Below, piece by piece: positions 34,096-43,658 of a stretch of 64,000 bases of DNA. This stretch comes from an uncultured Ohtaekwangia sp. (GTDB lineage: Bacteria; Bacteroidota; Bacteroidia; Cytophagales; Cyclobacteriaceae). Each line of letters starts with the position of its first letter. Within the stretch, counting starts at the first letter, position 1. The stretch spans positions 36,676 through 100,675 of the forward strand of contig CAZBCP010000016.1 of the NCBI GenBank assembly GCA_964490505.1. The letters run 5' to 3'. A model generated the notes under the pieces. That model had not been told where the DNA came from. It was given only the letters and a program-made list of their open reading frames with translations, and searched no databases. Made by a program: the position numbers and the translations under genes.

Positions 34096-35055
34096 TTAAA
34101 CGGTTACCACAACGTTGCCTTTCTTGCGACCCGTTGCCACATAACGATGTGCTTCAACAATATCGTCGAGAGAATACTTCCGATCGACAACAACTTTTAA
34201 ACGGCCGGCTTCCACAAGATCTTTGAGCTCGTTCAATTCGATGGCTTTCTCGCCAGGACTTCCTCCTTTTGGGAAACGTAACTTCGAAGCAAACATCATC
34301 CCCGGCGTCTTCATTACCAAAGTGATGTTTGCATAATATCCGTTCTCGACAATATGCTTTCTGCAGACCGGGAACGGGATCTTATCGATGGCTACAAAAA
34401 ATATATCGTACTTAAGGAGCTGACCGTAAAAATCCGGTTTTGTGTAATCGAGAACATGGTCGGCACCCAATGATCTGACGAGGTCTGCATTTGCCCCGCT
34501 ACAAACTGCTGTCACCTCTGCCCCGAAGTACTTTGCCAGTTGTACTGCATACGTGCCCACGCTGCTCGAGGCTCCATAGATCAATATCTTATCGCCAGCC
34601 TTTATTTCGCATTGACGCAAGTAATTCAATGCGGTACAAGCACCGATCGGTATGGCAGCGGCTTCTTCATACGATATGTTGTCAGGTTTTATAGCTACCG
34701 GTCCATCTTCGCGAATGCACTTATATTCGGCGTAAGCGCCCATACCTGTAAGCGTAGAAGCAAACACCTTATCGCCTATCTTGAATTGTTTAACCTTCTT
34801 GCCTATCGCCTCAACATCGCCCGAAAGCTCAGCGCCAAGCACCTCGTTTCTCGGGCCAGTAATGCCCAGGGCAAGTCGGGCAGGTATGTAGAACGACCGG
34901 GGAATATCGAAACTGCGGATCCTGTAATCGGCTACTGTTACCGTTGTGGCACGAACTCTAACGAGTATCTCATTGTCTTTAGGGACAGGCTTCGCGATCT
35001 CACTGATTCTAAGGACCTCCGGGGAACCGTACTTCTTGTAAATAACCGCTTTCAT
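34096..35055 (-). CDS. NAD(P)-dependent medium-chain dehydrogenase/reductase (quinone oxidoreductase-like)
   Basis: MKAVIYKKYGSPEVLRISEIAKPVPKDNEILVRV... and the Rossmann motif ILIYGASSSVGTYAVQLAKYFGAEVTAV. Confidence 0.85.
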   Translation of the reverse strand: MKAVIYKKYGSPEVLRISEIAKPVPKDNEILVRVRATTVTVADYRIRSFDIPRSFYIPARLALGITGPRNEVLGAELSGDVEAIGKKVKQFKIGDKVFASTLTGMGAYAEYKCIREDGPVAIKPDNISYEEAAAIPIGACTALNYLRQCEIKAGDKILIYGASSSVGTYAVQLAKYFGAEVTAVCSGANADLVRSLGADHVLDYTKPDFYGQLLKYDIFFVAIDKIPFPVCRKHIVENGYYANITLVMKTPGMMFASKLRFPKGGSPGEKAIELNELKDLVEAGRLKVVVDRKYSLDDIVEAHRYVATGRKKGNVVVTV

Positions 35056-35816
35056 GGCGAAAAGATATTGATTTAGGCGCTGTGCTCAATATGTAACGAC
35101 ATTACGAATACTTGAACTTTCTCAGTAAAAACCCGGATAAAAAAATGACATGAAACTGTTCGTCGTAATTCAAGAAAGGCATCGTGTTAACGCGCACATC
35201 ATCACTAAATCCATAATGGTATTAAATACACTTCTATATATATCGTGTTTACTCGATCAGGTGATTTATTCGAGTTTATGTAAAAAATTATTTCAATTAA
35301 CAAGGGTGGACATCGTTTGATATTAAGCATTGCTTTTATAAATTAGTTTAAACACATCGTAGTATATCGTTACTCGATGGATTACTGTTCTATCGTATTG
35401 ATGATGAGACGTACGTCATCAATGTGGTTGGATCAAGTGTATATATAACACTTGATTATTGTTTTACCAGTCCTTTGTCTATATGGGATTAATTTTACGT
35501 CAACACCAGTTTATCTTCAACGACCATCCTGGCTTTTGTCGCTTCCGGCATCTCATTTACAACGAAGGTCTATTCGACATAAATCAATACAAAGGTGTGC
35601 CGGTTACATGGGGGCATAAATCAAAATGGCATGAGCGACCGGCCACCTTTTTTAATGAACTATACATAGAGCTTAACGTGCTGCTCATCCACCAAGTGAT
35701 CAGCCGGCAAGATAATGGCAAAAGGGTAGTGTGGTAAGATGTGTTGTTAAGTTCGGTTTATACGTCGGCCGAACAAGAACAGACATCGAACCACTACCCT
35801 GAGCCATTTTTAGAAA

Positions 35817-35853
35817 GGACCCTATAGGAGACGCTTATAGGGTCCTTTTATTA
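35817..35853. terminator. Bidirectional-looking intrinsic terminator
   Basis: AAA-GGACCCTATA-GGAGACGCT-TATAGGGTCC-TTTTATTA: a 10-bp perfect stem flanked by A-rich and T-rich runs. Confidence 0.7.
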
Positions 35854-35913
35854 TATCAATATTAGTTATAATTTTGTATAACATACAATGTATAACTAAC
35901 GTATAAATCAAAA

Positions 35914-36243
35914 ATGGCCGTCAAAAACATTGGTGAATTTGAGGAGCTCGTTCTCCTTGCCGTATGCATACTCGATGGCCGCGGGTACGGCATTTCGGTG
36001 AAAAAAGAAGTGGAGAAACACACCGGGCGGTCCATACTTCTCGGAGCTGTGCATATCACGCTCTACCGGCTACAAGACAAAGGACTTTTGAAATCGGAAA
36101 TGGGCGGAAGCAGCGCGCAGCGCGGCGATCGAAGGAAAAGGCTTTTCAAGATCACGAAAAAGGGAATGGATCACCTGAGAGCTGCCCAGGATGTCCGACA
36201 AAAAATGTGGGGATTGATACCGCAATTAAATACCGGCGCGTGA
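35914..36243 (+). CDS. PadR-family transcriptional regulator (module 1)
   Basis: GEFEELVLLAVCILDGRGYGISVKKEVEK...GAVHITLYRLQDKGLLKSEMG...RRKRLFKIT. Inverted repeat GTTATA-N6-TATAAC at 35865-35882 upstream. Confidence 0.9.
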   Translation: MAVKNIGEFEELVLLAVCILDGRGYGISVKKEVEKHTGRSILLGAVHITLYRLQDKGLLKSEMGGSSAQRGDRRKRLFKITKKGMDHLRAAQDVRQKMWGLIPQLNTGA

Positions 36244-38963
36244 TGCTCAGATCTTTCATCAACATGGTCATTTCCCGGTTTGTCGACAGGCAATTACACG
36301 AGGAATTCATTGGCGACCTGGAAGAGATCTATGAGGAACGGCGTGCTTCGAAAGGAAAACTTGTTGCCGATACGATGTATTGCCTCGATGCGATCCACCT
36401 GCTGATGGGATTCTCATCGACAACTGAACGAAAGAAAAATACTAACCCGGTTTTTATGGGAAACATGCTGAAGATCGCGTGGAGGAATGCTCTACGCCAG
36501 AAACAATTCACGATACTCAACCTGCTCGGCCTTACACTCGGTATCGCTACGTGTGTCGGCATTGGCCTATATGTTTATAACGAAACAACATACGATACCT
36601 TCCATGTTAATGGCGAAAGGATTTACCGCGTAAATCAACCGATGATCTGGGGAAATTGGGACGAGCAATTTCCTGCAACGGGTCCCGGGGTAGCCCTTGC
36701 CTTGCGCGATGAGATCCCGGACTTCGAAGAAGTTACACGGATCTATTCGAATGGTGAAAGCACGATCCGCGTAACCGTGGACGATCGACCAAAATTATTC
36801 ATAGAGACGCGGTACAACGGAGCGGATGAAAATTTCTTCAAGGTCTTTAAGTTTCCTTTTGTTGCCGGCGATCCGAGCACAGCTTTAAAAGAACCAAACA
36901 GTCTGGTGATTACCGAGAGCACTGCACGCCGCTATTTCGGGAATGACGATCCGATCGGGAAGACTGTTGATGTGAAAACTTCAAAAGGAAATTTTATACC
37001 CTACACAGTCAAGGGTGTTATGAAAGACATTCCTCAGAAGTCACACCTGCAGTTCGACATACTTTACTCGCTCGCGTCCGAGCAAATGCTGAAAGACAAC
37101 GGCGCTACCTGGATCTGGACTGCCTTTGGAACTTATGTGCTGATGAAGGATGGCGCCGACGTATCGACAGTAACTGAAAAACTTCAAAGCATTCCCCCAC
37201 GACGTGCCGCCGAAACAACGCAACGTGTCTTCAATCAAAACTTTGAAGCCTTTACGAAAGGGAAACCGTGGACCTTGGTCCTGCAACCGGTCAGGGAGAT
37301 CTACCTCGCAACACCGCCCTCGCCTGGCTTCCATCGCTTCGGACCTATGGGCAATCGCCAATTTGTTGTCGTGTTCAGTGTCGTAGGCTTACTGGTACTT
37401 ACACTGTCATGCATCAACTTCATGAATCTTGCGACAGCAAGATCAGGTAATAGAGCAAAGGAAGTCGGCATCCGAAAAGTACTCGGTTCACAGCAGGGCA
37501 CCCTTGTGAGGCAGTTCATTGTTGAATCTACATTGTATGTTGCCATTGCAACGATCGTTGCTTTTATTATCGTTCAACTTTCGTTGGGAACATTCAACAG
37601 CGCTACCGATAAGAAGCTCGACCTGCTTACTCACTTCACAGACCCGCTCTTCATTGGAGCCGTGATCGTTTTCATATTAGCTCTTGGTGCCATCGCGGGA
37701 TTCTATCCGGCATTTTATTTGTCCGCATTCCAGCCCGCCGAGACACTGAAAGGAAAAGTGAGAGCAGGATTTCGAAGAAAAGGTTTGCGTAATGTGCTTG
37801 TTGTATTCCAATTCACGGTGTCGATCGTTTTGATCATTTGCACCTTCTTCGTTCAGCGACAGCTTTCCTATACAAGCACGATGGACGTTGGCTTGTCGAA
37901 AGATCATGTGCTTGAGATCCTTCATGTCGATCAGTTAGGCAATAACCTCAGTGTACTGAAAACGAAGCTACAGCAAAACCCGGCGTTCACCCACGTGGCT
38001 ACGTCGTGGCAGATACCTCCAATGGTGTGGGACGGCGATCGCTACCGTGCCGACGGTCCCGATAAGCCTGTGATCGATATCAACTACATGCGTTGCGATG
38101 AAGATTATCTTCCCCTGCTCGGCGTTGAATTCATACTGGGCAGGAATTTCGATCCGCGAAATCCGAACGACAAGCATAAGATCATCCTGAATGAAGAGGC
38201 CGTTCGGCAGCTTGGCTGGGGAACAAGAGAGCAATGGAAAGCGGATTCGCCACTCGGAAAATTTGTCGTGCAATCCTTTGGCGATGAGGCGAAGCTGGAA
38301 GTGATCGGCGTCGTTAAGAATTTCCATTTTAACGGGGTGCGGCAAAATATCACACCGCTCCTGATCATGCATGATGGAAATGACCTGCATTGGAGCTACT
38401 CGTGGGGACAGCGTTTCCTCTCAATGCGGCTGAATCCATCCTCGTACGAGAACGGAAACGATCTTGCGGGAATAGTTGAAAGCGTTAAGCAGGAGGTAGA
38501 GCGGATCGAGCCCTCGTTGATATTCCAATATAGTTTCATGGACGAGGAATTCGAGAACACATTTCGTTCGGAACAACAGATGAGTGTCGTGCTGAACCTC
38601 TTCACAGGACTGGCGGTGATCATCGCTTGTCTCGGATTATTCGGCCTCGCAGCATTCTCCGCAGAACAAAGATTGAAAGAGCTTGGCATACGCCGCGTGA
38701 TGGGCGCCAAAGTTCATGAGATCATCTTATTGTTCTCGTCGGAGTTCACGAAGCTGGTGTTGCTTGCTGTGGTGATTGCCGTACCGATGGCGTGGTACCT
38801 TGCCGATTATTGGTTGAGTTCCTTCCCGTTCCGGACCCCGATCGATGTGTGGGTATTTGTTCTTGCATCCGGATGTGCATTGGCGATCGCGGCTGCAACA
38901 GTGAGCTACCAGGCTTTCTCGGCAGCGACCGCCAACCCGGTCGATAGCCTGAGGAATGAATGA
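36243..38963 (+). CDS. MacB/FtsX-type ABC transporter permease with N-terminal prefix domain (orphan permease, module 1)
   Basis: The start ATG overlaps the padR stop. The prefix has the FIGDLEEIYEER motif. There are two FtsX 4-TM bundles (KEVGIRKVLGS..., KELGIRRVMGA...) separated by large periplasmic domains. No ATPase gene is adjacent. Confidence 0.85.
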   Translation: MLRSFINMVISRFVDRQLHEEFIGDLEEIYEERRASKGKLVADTMYCLDAIHLLMGFSSTTERKKNTNPVFMGNMLKIAWRNALRQKQFTILNLLGLTLGIATCVGIGLYVYNETTYDTFHVNGERIYRVNQPMIWGNWDEQFPATGPGVALALRDEIPDFEEVTRIYSNGESTIRVTVDDRPKLFIETRYNGADENFFKVFKFPFVAGDPSTALKEPNSLVITESTARRYFGNDDPIGKTVDVKTSKGNFIPYTVKGVMKDIPQKSHLQFDILYSLASEQMLKDNGATWIWTAFGTYVLMKDGADVSTVTEKLQSIPPRRAAETTQRVFNQNFEAFTKGKPWTLVLQPVREIYLATPPSPGFHRFGPMGNRQFVVVFSVVGLLVLTLSCINFMNLATARSGNRAKEVGIRKVLGSQQGTLVRQFIVESTLYVAIATIVAFIIVQLSLGTFNSATDKKLDLLTHFTDPLFIGAVIVFILALGAIAGFYPAFYLSAFQPAETLKGKVRAGFRRKGLRNVLVVFQFTVSIVLIICTFFVQRQLSYTSTMDVGLSKDHVLEILHVDQLGNNLSVLKTKLQQNPAFTHVATSWQIPPMVWDGDRYRADGPDKPVIDINYMRCDEDYLPLLGVEFILGRNFDPRNPNDKHKIILNEEAVRQLGWGTREQWKADSPLGKFVVQSFGDEAKLEVIGVVKNFHFNGVRQNITPLLIMHDGNDLHWSYSWGQRFLSMRLNPSSYENGNDLAGIVESVKQEVERIEPSLIFQYSFMDEEFENTFRSEQQMSVVLNLFTGLAVIIACLGLFGLAAFSAEQRLKELGIRRVMGAKVHEIILLFSSEFTKLVLLAVVIAVPMAWYLADYWLSSFPFRTPIDVWVFVLASGCALAIAAATVSYQAFSAATANPVDSLRNE

Positions 38964-41336
38964 TCAGTGATTGACTTTTGTAACTGAGAATTGCCCGCCG
39001 CTCGTGGCCGCACTTCCGTCTTTTGAAATGCCTTCAACGATGATCGTGTAGGTGCCCGGAATATCGGATGTATAGAATTCGATCTCTTTTGTTTCACTAT
39101 TCCTGGTAATCACTGCGGGGTTCCAGTAGAGCAATGTTCTTGGGTCGGGAAGGCGTTTCTCCTTCTCTCCTGCTTTGTCGTAGCGTGGCGAATAGAACTC
39201 ACGTTGCAAGCTGATCCCATCGTAGTCGACCGTGAGTGCGCGACGGTCGATCGGAAAACCGCCGAGATCATTATTATAAGTATAGAAGCTCATGAGTCCC
39301 GGCATAGAGAGGATGCCTTCGTAATACTCACGGGCTAGTACTTCGAGGCGTTTTATTTTCAATGGATCGAACGCCATCACCTCGTCGACATTGAATATCG
39401 GAACGCCATCCATGAGGATCATTGGATCTTCACGGAACAACGACTTGTTGATCCTGTCGATAACCATGAAATGAAAACCGTCTTTCTTCTTTCGTACCAT
39501 CACACCCGGAACATATTCCCTAAGCACTTCTTCCATGATGGGGAAACGAGTGTAATCATCAAGGTTATAAACTTCATCGGCAGGGCCGTAGAACTGGAGG
39601 CTGTCGATACCTGGCGGAACAAACTGGTTTACCTGGTCTCGGAAATAAACATCCTGGACTTGCATCGAGACGCTTCGGTCGAGTAGTTGTTTGCCGACCA
39701 ATGACGGTATGTTCAACGATGGAAGTTTCAAAGAAGAATATTGCTCCGAAAACGGATTGATCAATTGAATGCGATACGTGCTGTCGATACGGTGGTTGGT
39801 CTGCACAAAGATCTTCTTCGTGCCATAGAAATCCTTGACCTCGAATTGTATCTCGCCTTTTGCATCGGCCCGGGATCCGTACGGTCTCACAAATATCTGC
39901 GGCCACGCGAGGTATGCGAGAACGCCCTGCGCAGGCTGGCCATTCTCGCCGGTTACGGTCCCGCGAATAATGTGATTGCGAACTTCCGGGAGGTAGCTCA
40001 TCGTTACCGGTTTGCTCAACACATCATTCCATGTAAAGCGACGCCAGCCGTGCGTCAACATGAGGTTATCGGTAGCCCGTGCGGCCGTGGTATCCGTGGA
40101 AGAAAGATAGTATTCAGGCGACTCTACAGTTCCCTTAAGATCGGACGACAGCCATAAGTAGTCAAAGAGGTTTGCGTTGCCAGGCGAAGGCAGCGAATCG
40201 TTCTTGAAAACAGAAACCGAAAGATTCGCATCGGCAGTCGATGTGACCCTTAGCTTCACGCGTGAACGATTGTCGTAAGAAACTACTTCTGTTCTTGCGT
40301 CGATGTCCATTGTTTGTTGCGGGCGCTTGAAATAAAGTCTTTCCGCGGCAGGCTTAAGATTTCGATCGAACAAAGTAAAATGAGTGATGCCAACGGGAAG
40401 GCTGGCCTTATTTATTTTAAAAGAGATCTTTCCCTGTTGAAGTGTTTGGGCATCTTTCATCAGAATGTTCTGGCGGCTTTGAACAAAGAGATATACCGGT
40501 GCGTAATTATCCTGTTGCGACGAGGCCGATACGTCGACGGTGATGGCATCACTGTTCTCTGATAATTTCAGGACATAGCCGTTGTCTTTTGCTTCGCGAA
40601 GTGTGTATGTGCTGCGGACACCCCGATCGTCGGTGATAACAGCCCGGTACTTCGAAGTACTGGAAGGTGTAATATAGAAACTACCGATACCAAACTTTAG
40701 TGGGCGAATACGCGCAACCGTATCGTTCTTCTCATCCAGTATCGCGCCGCGGAATGAAATGCCTTTGCCGGATTGATCTACAACGCGAAAGGCGACTTTA
40801 CTTCTTAGGCCAACAACAAGATCGCCACCCTCGGGAAAGAACTGGGCATCGTAAGAATTTACGGCTCTCGACGACGACACAGCTTTCACAAAAGTATTGA
40901 TGATGGAAACAGTCGAGTGAAAATAATAATCGGGACTAAAGTTCTTCATCCAATTGGTGTAAGCCCTGATCGTATAGTTGCCAGCGCTCAATGCAGCGGG
41001 AACGAACATGGAACCGGAGCCGATCCCGTCTTTCATTTGGATCTTTCGTTGAAGAACGGGCTCGTTGATCTCGTTCAGCATCTCAATGTATACAACCTTA
41101 CTAAGATTGAGCGGCTTGTTGCTGTATGCATCCACGCAATAGATCTTGAACCACATGAGCTCGCCGGTGAGATATGTACTGCGATCGGTGCGCACATAAA
41201 CTTTCTCCTGGAACGCCTGCTTTCGGTACGCGTCGAATTTCTTTGTGATGCTGTCGTCAGGAAAAGACTGGGCTGTTGTCCTCGCAGCTATCAGAACACA
41301 AACAATGGCGACGAAAAAGATCTTGAATGAATTCAT
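38964..41336 (-). CDS. Large secreted protein of unknown function (MG2/carboxypeptidase-regulatory-like N-half, Plug-like C-terminal motif)
   Basis: Start at MNSFKIFFVAIVCVLIAARTTAQS. VYVRTDRSTYLTGELMWFKIYCVD resembles an alpha-2-macroglobulin MG2 motif. ILMDGVPIFNVDEVMAFDPLKIKRLEVL resembles a Plug motif. It is the last gene of the TBDR/DUF4249 operon. Confidence 0.5.
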   Translation of the reverse strand: MNSFKIFFVAIVCVLIAARTTAQSFPDDSITKKFDAYRKQAFQEKVYVRTDRSTYLTGELMWFKIYCVDAYSNKPLNLSKVVYIEMLNEINEPVLQRKIQMKDGIGSGSMFVPAALSAGNYTIRAYTNWMKNFSPDYYFHSTVSIINTFVKAVSSSRAVNSYDAQFFPEGGDLVVGLRSKVAFRVVDQSGKGISFRGAILDEKNDTVARIRPLKFGIGSFYITPSSTSKYRAVITDDRGVRSTYTLREAKDNGYVLKLSENSDAITVDVSASSQQDNYAPVYLFVQSRQNILMKDAQTLQQGKISFKINKASLPVGITHFTLFDRNLKPAAERLYFKRPQQTMDIDARTEVVSYDNRSRVKLRVTSTADANLSVSVFKNDSLPSPGNANLFDYLWLSSDLKGTVESPEYYLSSTDTTAARATDNLMLTHGWRRFTWNDVLSKPVTMSYLPEVRNHIIRGTVTGENGQPAQGVLAYLAWPQIFVRPYGSRADAKGEIQFEVKDFYGTKKIFVQTNHRIDSTYRIQLINPFSEQYSSLKLPSLNIPSLVGKQLLDRSVSMQVQDVYFRDQVNQFVPPGIDSLQFYGPADEVYNLDDYTRFPIMEEVLREYVPGVMVRKKKDGFHFMVIDRINKSLFREDPMILMDGVPIFNVDEVMAFDPLKIKRLEVLAREYYEGILSMPGLMSFYTYNNDLGGFPIDRRALTVDYDGISLQREFYSPRYDKAGEKEKRLPDPRTLLYWNPAVITRNSETKEIEFYTSDIPGTYTIIVEGISKDGSAATSGGQFSVTKVNH

Positions 41337-41337
41337 T

Positions 41338-42492
41338 TCACTGGGGCCAGAAAGAGGGTTTAAAATTATCGCCACCAAGTACACGACAATCTGCACAGAT
41401 GGCCGGTGCTGCACTATAGCCTACCGGTGGTATACCAACCTGCGATATATAAACAAGATCGCCGACAAGCTCAGGCTGGTCGATCGGGATGAATTTTGTT
41501 TCGCAAACGAACTCGTATGGATCTACGGCCTGGAGAGCTCCCGGAAGATCCTGGAATTTTACGAAGATCCTTTTCTCCGCAACATATCCCGCGGAAAAAT
41601 AACCAAGCACTGTCTCATCCGGGTTGCTATCGTTATGAACATTACCAACTACCTGCGAGGGAAGCGGATCGAATAAGCCGCCGAGATTTTCTGTGGTCTT
41701 CCTTATCTGGTCCCAGAACTCGAACTCGTCTTGCGAGATCGACCGCTGCTGAACGTTAATGCTATACATACGAGAAAGTGTCCTGGAACCACGTGGAATG
41801 AAGTTGATCGGAAACATTGTAACTACATCCGTGCTTAGGCGCTTGGTGGATACGGTAAGGATCTCAGTCGAATTGACCGATCGCCAGCAAGTATATACCT
41901 GTTCACTCGGGTCGCGATAAACGGGTCGAAAACCATCCTTCTTGAAATCGGAAACGTAAGTTACCCGATACTCCCAGGTCTCGGTAAACAAATATTTATA
42001 ATAGTTGGTCTCGTTGAGAGGGTCGTGGCTGTTAACATAAAATCTGGTCCCGCGGTTGTCACCTGTAACTTCGCCGCGGAACACAACGCTGTCGAGAACG
42101 GCGGCGTGACGCAGTTCAACATAATCGGAACTATAAGATGCACCTTTCGAAGTCACGATATTAAGTTTATACGTCTTCGAAGGATCGATGGAAAGATTGT
42201 CGGCTTCGTAAACACCTTTACCAACTTCGGCGAGCGGGAGTGATTCGCCACCGTCGGTTACGATAGAGACATTGGCGCCTTCTTCGGGTGGATAGGGAGA
42301 GCTGGAATCAAGCGACACCGAGTGGTTGATCTTCACAGTTGCCGATGTGGACGTCGCGTTGAGGAATCCATCAACAACCAAAAAGTCTGCATTTGTAAGC
42401 GACGATGGCGGGGGATATGGTTCAACGCAAGCACCCATCATGAACAAAGCGAAAATAAAAACTGTTTGTACTCTAAACCTCCGGACTCTCAT
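41338..42492 (-). CDS. DUF4249-like lipoprotein (paralog B)
   Basis: N-terminal ...GACVEPYPPP. Conserved blocks are shared with the upstream paralog (TWEYRVTYVSDFKKDG, SRMYSINVQQRSISQDEFEFWDQIRKTTENLGGLFDPLPSQVVGNVHN, CADCRVLGGDNFKPSFWP). The position downstream of a TBDR is typical for DUF4249. Confidence 0.6.
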   Translation of the reverse strand: MRVRRFRVQTVFIFALFMMGACVEPYPPPSSLTNADFLVVDGFLNATSTSATVKINHSVSLDSSSPYPPEEGANVSIVTDGGESLPLAEVGKGVYEADNLSIDPSKTYKLNIVTSKGASYSSDYVELRHAAVLDSVVFRGEVTGDNRGTRFYVNSHDPLNETNYYKYLFTETWEYRVTYVSDFKKDGFRPVYRDPSEQVYTCWRSVNSTEILTVSTKRLSTDVVTMFPINFIPRGSRTLSRMYSINVQQRSISQDEFEFWDQIRKTTENLGGLFDPLPSQVVGNVHNDSNPDETVLGYFSAGYVAEKRIFVKFQDLPGALQAVDPYEFVCETKFIPIDQPELVGDLVYISQVGIPPVGYSAAPAICADCRVLGGDNFKPSFWPQ

Positions 42493-42501
42493 CTTAAAAA
42501 A

Positions 42502-43653
42502 CTACTTTAAAGGCCAGTCATCCGGCCGCTTATTATCTCCTCCCAATTTCCTGCAGTCGCCGCACTTTTCGTTGGTGACTATATAACCTTGCACCGGCGT
42601 ACCGAATTGCTTCACCCAAACTTCATCTGCCCTGATCTTATCGAGTTCCCACAAGTACAAACTGCGTCCTCCACAATCGAACGTGTATGGATCCACAACG
42701 GCAAGACTGGAGGGCAAGTCGAGGTGACTCACATAGATGAGTTTCTCGTCGGGATAACCTGCGCTGAAATATCCGAGCACCGGAACTTCGGTATCGTTGT
42801 CTTTATGAACGTTACCCAAAACCTGTGCAGGCAGGGGATCGAATAAGCCACCGAGATTCTCTGTGGTTTTCTCCATCATCTCCCAGAATTCGAACTCATC
42901 GCGAGAGATTGCGTACTGTCGCACTTTGATCCTGTACATACGGGAAAGGCTCCGGGAGCCCTTCTTTATAAAATGGATGTTATACTTGCTCACAACATCC
43001 TCGGCCAGCTGAGTTGTAGAGCTGATCAGGATATCGGTTGACGAACGATGATCCCAGCAGAAATACACGAACTCACCCGGCCCACGAAGCACCGGCATAT
43101 AAGCACCGTCTTTCTTATAATCGGACCATACCGGCACATTGTATTCCCATGTCTCTGCGAAAGCCCAACGATAGTAATGTGTATTATTCTCGGGATCGTG
43201 ACCGGCGACATAAAAATGAATGCCGTCGGTCGTCGGTTCCCACCACACACTGTCGAGCTCCGGCGATCGCAGCAGTTGAACAGCATCAGAGCTGTATGAA
43301 TCTCCCGACGCCGTCTTGACCCTTAAATTGTAAACGGCATTGTCGTTGAATGTCAGATCGGTCGCTGTATAAACGCCGGGTTGGTTTGCGTCTTCTTCTT
43401 TGAGAACATATTCGGTTCCGTCGCTGCCAACGATAACTACATCGGCGCCGGCTTCCCTTGCGGGCTGAGATGGCTCGGCCAATGGAATGCCACGCGTGAG
43501 CTTTACCGTAGCAACGCGGGTAGTTCCATCGATGTAACCATTGATCACCATTTGGTTTCCAGTGCCGGTTCCTGCCGGCGGATAATAAGGTTCAACACAA
43601 GCTACCGGCAGCGTTATCAAAAACACACGTATCAAAACTGCCCTGCGTTTCAT
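42502..43653 (-). CDS. DUF4249-like lipoprotein (paralog A)
   Basis: ...VACVEPYYPP; TWEYNVPVWSDYKKDG; SRMYRIKVRQYAISRDEFEFWEMMEKTTENLGGLFDPLPAQVLGNVHK; CGDCRKLGGDNKRPDDWP. Confidence 0.6.
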   Translation of the reverse strand: MKRRAVLIRVFLITLPVACVEPYYPPAGTGTGNQMVINGYIDGTTRVATVKLTRGIPLAEPSQPAREAGADVVIVGSDGTEYVLKEEDANQPGVYTATDLTFNDNAVYNLRVKTASGDSYSSDAVQLLRSPELDSVWWEPTTDGIHFYVAGHDPENNTHYYRWAFAETWEYNVPVWSDYKKDGAYMPVLRGPGEFVYFCWDHRSSTDILISSTTQLAEDVVSKYNIHFIKKGSRSLSRMYRIKVRQYAISRDEFEFWEMMEKTTENLGGLFDPLPAQVLGNVHKDNDTEVPVLGYFSAGYPDEKLIYVSHLDLPSSLAVVDPYTFDCGGRSLYLWELDKIRADEVWVKQFGTPVQGYIVTNEKCGDCRKLGGDNKRPDDWPLK

Positions 43654-43658
43654 ACAGG

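Noticed and set aside
35964-36242. 5' extension of the permease ORF (track start 35964) overlapping the whole padR gene.
   Set aside because: The extension is an out-of-frame read-through of padR with an Arg-rich nonsense translation. All four modules show the permease starting at or near the padR stop, with the conserved prefix motif right after the Met.
43571-43581. CCTGCCGGCGG, a partial match to the palindromic element.
   Set aside because: It lacks the second arm (GGCAGGCAGG) and the shared flanks, so it is probably a chance occurrence inside the DUF4249-like CDS.
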